DNA of 64,000 nt from Polyangia bacterium. Its GTDB lineage: Bacteria; Myxococcota_A; Polyangia; Palsa-1104; JAEUJZ01. Shown in pieces: positions 59,588 through 64,000 of the stretch. The stretch is from positions 11,844-75,843 of the forward strand of contig JBGANQ010000012.1 in the NCBI GenBank assembly GCA_044222245.1, given 5' to 3'. Under the pieces are notes generated by a model, which saw nothing but the letters and a program-made list of their open reading frames with translations, searched no databases and was not told where the DNA came from. Each line of letters opens with the position of its first letter. Position 1 is the stretch's first letter. The position numbers and the translations under genes are program-made.

Positions 59588-61405
59588 ATGTCCAGAGCGA
59601 AGCAGCGACTCCGTGTTGTGTCTCCGGCATTCTACCTATCCGGCCTCTTGTCGCTCGGCGGGGTCGCCGGCTGCGGCGACGACGGCATGGACATGATGAT
59701 GATGATGATGCCGCCGCCACCGCCGCCGCCCAAGGTGAACCCGTTCACCCCGGTGCCCGAGTGCAGCGGCGCGACGGTGGATTTCCGCAAGGGGCAGAAG
59801 ACGCTGGTCATCGCCAGCCTGGAGATCGCGCCGCAGAACCAGGGCTTTGACCTCGACAAGGATGGCAAGATCGACAACAAGCTGGGGGCGGTGTCGTCGC
59901 TCGCCAACTCCGAGCTGGAGGCGACGTTTACCGAGCGCCACGACATCGTCATCCCGATCGAGTTCTTCGGGCCGACCGCCGGCGACTCCAGCTGCACCAA
60001 GTTCGCGCTGTACCTGGGCCAGTTCAACCAGGATCGCGACAAGGACACCACCGACACCAACTGGGAGTCCGACAGCAACGCCGCCAAGGGCGACTGCAAC
60101 GACCAGGACAAGAGCGTCCACCCCGGGGCGGCCGAGGACGTAAACAACCGCATGGACGACGACTGCGACGGCCTCGCCGACAACCCGACCAAGAAGAAGC
60201 CGGCGACCGGCATGTCGGCGATGATGGACATGGACGGGGACGGCGTCTCGGTCGCTGACGGCGACTGCGACGATCGCGCCGTCTCGCCGATGGTGCCCAC
60301 CGACACCGGCATGGTGCCGCTGGCGACCCTCCGCCATCCAGCCAAGATGGGCACCCCGATCGCCGCCGGCACCGAGCGCTGCGACGGCATCGACTACAAC
60401 TGCGACGGCATCCCCGACAACTCGCCGAGCTGCGATCCGTTCCGCGACAACAACGTCAAGTTCGACGTCCAGAAGCTGTCGCTGGACGCGCAGCAGCAGC
60501 CGCTTCTGACGTTCAAGAACGGCGCGGTGAAGGCCAATAAGCTGTCCGCCGGTCCGGCGCTGTTCCGGGTCCAGCTGCCGCTGCTCAAGGACGCGCCGCT
60601 GGATCTCGAGCTGTCGGGCGCGCGGGTCGAAGGCACCTTCCGCCAGGTCAGCGACAAGGTCTACCTGGACAACGCCGTGCTCGGTGGCGTTCTAGAGGCG
60701 GTGAGCCTGGCGCGCCTGGACAAGATCACGGTCAAGGGCTTCCTGACGCCGCCGCAGTCGCTGTTTGACGCGGTGTGGGCCAACGGCGCGCTCGCCACGG
60801 TGCTGGGCCTCAAGCGCGACGGCGATGGCCACGCGCTGCCCGACATGGATGTCGACGGCGATGGCATCGAGACGTTCTGGGCCTCGGACCCGAACAAAAT
60901 GCCGGCGCTGGTCGACACCTGCAAGGACGGGGACGGTACAATCATCAAAAACGGCGATGCCAAGTACCCCAACGACGACCCCATGAAGCGCTGCGTCTTC
61001 GCCAAAGACGACAAGGGGAACTACCGATTTGTCGACGGGGTCTCGGCCGCCCTGAAGTTCAAGGCGGTGCCGGCGCAGCTCGGCGCGCTGATCGACTCGC
61101 CCGCGCAAGCTGCTGCGCTGCCGCGGCCTCGGTCGCGGCGGCGCAGACGGCCGCACACCACTCATCTGGAGCGGAGCGCGTCGCACCAACGCAAGCACTG
61201 CTGCCGCACCGATCGCCGGCACCATCTGGAAGATCACCACCACCGTCGGCAGCGAGGTCGCGGAAGAGGACACCGTCATCATCATGGAGTCGATGAAGAT
61301 GGAGATGCCCGTCGAGGCCGGCTGCGCCGGGAGCATCGTCGAGATCCGCACCGCGATGGGCGATCCGGTCCAGGAAGGCAACGTCCTTCTGGTGATCGCG
61401 CCTAA
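59588..61405 (+). CDS. Lipoprotein with myxobacterial 'putative metal-binding motif' Cys/Asp repeats. The 3' end is unreliable beyond ~61100.
   Basis: ATG 59588 lies behind AAGGAG. The lipobox is LSLGGVAGC. A Met6-Pro7 linker follows. Motifs include GDCNDQDKSVHPGAAEDVNNRMDDDCDG, GDCDD, ERCDGIDYNCDG. After ..AQLGALIDS the frame turns into Arg/His filler. Confidence 0.72.
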   Translation: MSRAKQRLRVVSPAFYLSGLLSLGGVAGCGDDGMDMMMMMMPPPPPPPKVNPFTPVPECSGATVDFRKGQKTLVIASLEIAPQNQGFDLDKDGKIDNKLGAVSSLANSELEATFTERHDIVIPIEFFGPTAGDSSCTKFALYLGQFNQDRDKDTTDTNWESDSNAAKGDCNDQDKSVHPGAAEDVNNRMDDDCDGLADNPTKKKPATGMSAMMDMDGDGVSVADGDCDDRAVSPMVPTDTGMVPLATLRHPAKMGTPIAAGTERCDGIDYNCDGIPDNSPSCDPFRDNNVKFDVQKLSLDAQQQPLLTFKNGAVKANKLSAGPALFRVQLPLLKDAPLDLELSGARVEGTFRQVSDKVYLDNAVLGGVLEAVSLARLDKITVKGFLTPPQSLFDAVWANGALATVLGLKRDGDGHALPDMDVDGDGIETFWASDPNKMPALVDTCKDGDGTIIKNGDAKYPNDDPMKRCVFAKDDKGNYRFVDGVSAALKFKAVPAQLGALIDSPAQAAALPRPRSRRRRRPHTTHLERSASHQRKHCCRTDRRHHLEDHHHRRQRGRGRGHRHHHGVDEDGDARRGRLRREHRRDPHRDGRSGPGRQRPSGDRA

Positions 61406-61409
61406 ATAG
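61092..61409 (+). pseudogene. Biotinyl/lipoyl-carrier domain coding segment with no usable start codon (frame 0, open from 61092)
   Basis: My own translation gives ..STAAAPIAGTIWKITTTVGSEVAEEDTVIIMESMKMEMPVEAGCAGSIVEIRTAMGDPVQEGNVLLVIAPK*. This is a classic biotinyl-domain pattern (AP.aG.i..i.v..G..V......vv.lE(A/S)MKME..v). The first ATG/GTG/TTG in frame is the M of MESMKM (61284), so the domain lacks a start. Confidence 0.5.
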
Positions 61410-62316
61410 CCGAGCACGGAGCGCATCCGGCGCTCCGTGTCTTGTAGACCGAGAGTCGGTGGGGGACGGACGGGCTACGGCGCCGGATCGGAGGCCGTAG
61501 CGTTACAGGCGCGGCCCTGGGGCTGGCGCCTTCGGGACGGGCGGGCTTGTCGCTCGCTTTGTCCGCGGCCTTGTCGGGGGACTTGTCGGCGGGCTTGCTC
61601 CCCGACTGCGGCAGCGCCTTGGTCTCGGTCGCCGCGGCCGGCAGCAGCCCCATCTTGGCCTTGAGCTCGGCCAGCGCCATGTCGGCCGGGGTCTTTTTGG
61701 CCTCCAGCGCCTTGAAGCGCTGGCTCAGCGAGTCGCCCTGCAGCTCGCCCGCCAGCTCGTTGTTGGCCTCGGCCTCGGCCTCGATCGCCTCGATCTTTTC
61801 GGCCATGCGATCAAAGGTGTCAAACGCCGAGGTGTCCGACAGGCCCGCCATCGTCGTCTGGATGGTCTTCTGCGCCTCGGCCCGCTTCTGCCGCGCGATG
61901 AGGATGTTGCGCTTGCGCTTGGCCTCCTCAATCTTGTTGTTGAGCACGCGCAGCTGGCTCTTGAGCTTGTCGACGGCGTCCTTCTGATTGACCCACTGGC
62001 CCTCGAACTGCGCCGACAGCTCCTCGTGCTCCTTGGCCCGGGTGAGCGCTTCCTTGGCCAGCTCGTCGTCGCTGGCCTGCACTGCCAGCATCGCCTTGCG
62101 CTCCCATTCCTTGGCCTGGATGAGCTGCTCGTCCCACTGCTTCTTCAGGCGTTTCTCATCCCCGATGGCGACAGCGACCTGCTTCTTGGCCTCGACCAGC
62201 TGCGTCTTCATGTCGACGAGGACCTGGTTGAGCATCTTCTCGGGATCTTCGGCCTTGGAGATCAGGTCGTTGAGGTTCGACTTGATCAGTGCCCCTAGAC
62301 GAGAAAAAAGCCCCAT
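61402..62316 (-). CDS. pspA: PspA/IM30 family protein. The C-terminal ~45 codons are doubtful.
   Basis: MGLFSRLGALIKSNLNDLISKAEDPEKMLNQVLVDM... is a canonical PspA N-terminus with coiled coil throughout. The Lys/Asp/Pro tail then reads through the 61415-61439 hairpin. Confidence 0.88.
   Translation of the reverse strand: MGLFSRLGALIKSNLNDLISKAEDPEKMLNQVLVDMKTQLVEAKKQVAVAIGDEKRLKKQWDEQLIQAKEWERKAMLAVQASDDELAKEALTRAKEHEELSAQFEGQWVNQKDAVDKLKSQLRVLNNKIEEAKRKRNILIARQKRAEAQKTIQTTMAGLSDTSAFDTFDRMAEKIEAIEAEAEANNELAGELQGDSLSQRFKALEAKKTPADMALAELKAKMGLLPAAATETKALPQSGSKPADKSPDKAADKASDKPARPEGASPRAAPVTLRPPIRRRSPSVPHRLSVYKTRSAGCAPCSAI
61415..61439. terminator. Perfect 10-bp-stem hairpin (CACGGAGCGC-atccg-GCGCTCCGTG) between convergent genes
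   Basis: The arms are at 61415-61424 and 61430-61439, 6 nt after the TAG of the biotinyl frame. Only weak U tracts are present (tcttgt on plus; tattt on minus). Confidence 0.4.
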
Positions 62317-62368
62317 TGCGAGTCCTTGATGTTGGAGTTTTGGAGTTAAAAGCGTGTCTTGCGAAAGA

Positions 62369-62767
62369 TTACCGGCCGGTCACATGGTCGTGATACTTCG
62401 CCAGCCGACTGTGATGGGAAGCGACCGCCAACGTGATGTCGTCGATGGTAGCAGCGAATTCGTTGTAGTCGAGGTTCTCCAGCTGCAGCGCGTCGCAGAT
62501 GACGATCGACTCACCCTCGATTCCGTACGCCCCGTGCATCATCTCGGTGGCGTTTAGCTCCAGCAGGGTGCGAAACAGATCCTCGCGGTTGTGCCGCGGG
62601 ATGTCCATGATCTTGACCCGGAAGACGACCACCGGCCCGGCGAGGGTGATGATGATCTTGTCGATGCCATCCAGCCCGCTGAGCAGCCAGGTACCTTCGC
62701 GCGGCTCCTCGTAGCGGAGGTCCATCTTGAGCAGGTAAGATTGGATGTCCTCGGTAGTTTTGGGCAT
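62369..62767 (-). CDS. YbjN-like (T3SS-chaperone-like fold) small acidic protein; tentative
   Basis: I trimmed to ATG 62767 behind GGAGG (MPKTTEDIQSYLLKMDLRYEE..WLL....II..L.GPVVVFRVKI..). Size, acidity and position next to pspA fit the YbjN family. Confidence 0.6.
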   Translation of the reverse strand: MPKTTEDIQSYLLKMDLRYEEPREGTWLLSGLDGIDKIIITLAGPVVVFRVKIMDIPRHNREDLFRTLLELNATEMMHGAYGIEGESIVICDALQLENLDYNEFAATIDDITLAVASHHSRLAKYHDHVTGR

Positions 62768-62860
62768 GCTGCCTCCGACGGCAACGGTCAAGGTTAGTGC
62801 ACGAGTTCGGCCATTGCAAGCCAAGTCGTGCGTTTCGCGCGCGGTCCTTAACAGGAGGTT

Positions 62861-63673
62861 TTAAGGGTGTCCTGGGGGCTTGCCGCCCATGGGCGGATGA
62901 CCGGCGGGCAGCGGGGGCGCCGCGGACGTGCCGGTCGCCGGGGCGCTTGGGGTGCCCGCGGGGCCCGGGTTAATCGATGGGTGCCCGGCGGGCAGCGCCG
63001 GGGCGCCGCTCGGCTCGCCGACCGCTGGGTGGCCTGCCGGCATCGCGCCGCCCATGCCGCCCATGCCCGGCGGCGATGGCGCGCCAGCAGCCTCGGTGCG
63101 CAGCTTGTCCAAAAGGACCACGACGCCGCTGGCGGGGACCTCGACCGGGGTCGAGATGCCTTCGACATCGCCGGCCTGCTTGGTCATCGCGTCTCCATCC
63201 TGATCGACGCGCGCGCCGAGCACCACCTTGCCGCTGAGCGCCATGCCGCTGATCATCACGTCGCTCGCCGACATCTCAAACGGCTGCGGCCAGGCGCCGA
63301 CGGTCAGGCGCTTGGCGGCGAGCACCGGGCCGGGGCCGCCGGCGGGCAGCAGGGCGCGGGCGATGAGGAAGATGGTCCCGCCGGCCGGCACCTTGGCCTT
63401 GACGTTGTCAGCCAGGTTCAGGCTGCCGCGGATGATCGGGGTGGGCTCGGGCCCCTCGGAGCGACCGCGCAGCGCCTGGGCGTGATCGGCCGGCATGGCG
63501 GCGGTGGGCGGGTGGACGCGGTCGGCACTGCCGGCGCTGCCGGCGGAGCTCGGCGGCAGTCCTGGGGGGCCGGGCGGGACGCTGCGATCCTTCTTGCTGC
63601 AGCCAGTCAGCGGTCCCGCCAGCAGCAGCACCAGCGCAGTGGCCCCACACAACTCTCGACGACTGTTCATCAT
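62861..63673 (-). CDS. Lipoprotein with CcmI-C-terminal-like beta domain and C-terminal (M/L)PAGHP repeats
   Basis: The lipobox is LLLAGPLTGC. GGTIFLIARAL..GPGPVLAAKRL..WPQPFEMSASDVMISG..LSGKVVLGARVDQDGDAMTKQAGDVEG is present. The tail is MPAGHPAV..LPAGHPSI..LPAGHPPMGGKPPGHP. Confidence 0.7.
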   Translation of the reverse strand: MMNSRRELCGATALVLLLAGPLTGCSKKDRSVPPGPPGLPPSSAGSAGSADRVHPPTAAMPADHAQALRGRSEGPEPTPIIRGSLNLADNVKAKVPAGGTIFLIARALLPAGGPGPVLAAKRLTVGAWPQPFEMSASDVMISGMALSGKVVLGARVDQDGDAMTKQAGDVEGISTPVEVPASGVVVLLDKLRTEAAGAPSPPGMGGMGGAMPAGHPAVGEPSGAPALPAGHPSINPGPAGTPSAPATGTSAAPPLPAGHPPMGGKPPGHP

Positions 63674-63691
63674 GGAGCTACCTTACCACCC

Positions 63692-64000
63692 GTGCCGAGC
63701 AGAATCCATCACGCGCAGCTTATAACCCGCCGCCGCCTCGCCAGCGAGACGCACGAGTTCAGCTTCGCTGTCGTCTCGGGCGCCGTCCCGACCGTCGTCC
63801 CGGGCGCGGGCCCGACCGTCGTCCCGGGCGCGGGCCCGGCCGTCGTCCCCGCAATATTGCCCCTCGAGTCGCCACCGGGCGGCTCAGCGCCCGCCGAGTC
63901 AGCGCCCGGCGAGCTGCGGTTTCGTCCCGGTCAGTTCATCTCGGTCCAGGTCGGCGTAGACGACAACCAGAATCCGATTCTGCGCAGCTACTCAATCGCC
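63692..64000 (+). CDS. Ferredoxin-NADP reductase-like FAD-binding oxidoreductase, 5' part (runs off the window; not in the track)
   Basis: My own translation from GTG 63692 gives (M)PSRIHHAQLITRRRLASETHEFSFAVVSG..., then a PTVVPGAG repeat, then ..LRFRPGQFISVQVGVDDNQNPILRSYSIA (R-x-Y-S FAD-binding signature). Confidence 0.65.
   Translation, partial: MPSRIHHAQLITRRRLASETHEFSFAVVSGAVPTVVPGAGPTVVPGAGPAVVPAILPLESPPGGSAPAESAPGELRFRPGQFISVQVGVDDNQNPILRSYSIA
63787..63849 (+). repeat. In-frame 24-bp tandem repeat (CCCGACCGTCGTCCCGGGCGCGGG x2 exact + 15-nt partial) inside the FNR-like gene
   Basis: Copies at 63787-63810 and 63811-63834 are identical. The copy at 63835-63849 matches 14 of 15. The repeat encodes PTVVPGAG-PTVVPGAG-PAVVP. 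Confidence 0.8.

Overview
Scope: everything here was read by eye, with no searches run. Family names are motif-level calls, and start codons and domain borders are approximate.

Overview: this is a very GC-rich bacterial chromosomal segment (roughly 70% GC by eye). Its gene content looks like Myxococcota (inference): a giant multidomain Ser/Thr-kinase signalling protein and many lipoproteins with beta-propeller or Cys-rich modules. I found no rRNA, tRNA, CRISPR array, transposase or integrase. Most long 'antisense' ORFs in the track are high-GC shadow ORFs.

Housekeeping blocks:
- tpx
- an MDR quinone oxidoreductase
- glgP-pgm
- a PhzF-like isomerase
- BolA
- tilS-ftsH-folP-cdaA-cdaR
- a thioredoxin/TPR protein
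- an MBL hydrolase
- pspA plus a YbjN-like gene

Five points stand out:
1. A Ser/Thr kinase-AAA-GAF-PP2C gene is cut exactly inside its catalytic loop (HKDLKP | QNILVDE). The cut holds 13.47 kb of ordinary-looking genes flanked by a 7-bp direct repeat (TGCGGCT).
2. A third copy of that junction sits in the middle of the insert. It is 16 nt identical to the right junction, which suggests a two-part or att-like event. No recombinase is visible.
3. The PP2C end of that giant protein is followed by translationally coupled SiaB-like kinase and SiaC-like (DUF1987) phosphoprotein genes. This is a SiaABC-type partner switch with no diguanylate cyclase output.
4. A roughly 2,950-codon gene (38672-47525) combines N-terminal FG-GAP/WD-like propeller segments, a very long helical region and a C-terminal P-loop ATPase. 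One +1 frame break interrupts it.
5. At the left edge, a WD40+HEAT protein of at least 1041 codons is missing from the ORF track. It is translationally coupled to a 917-aa HEAT-like protein, downstream of a DUF4139/OmpA lipoprotein.

Caveat: several further frame breaks suggest either indel errors in the assembly or real gene decay.
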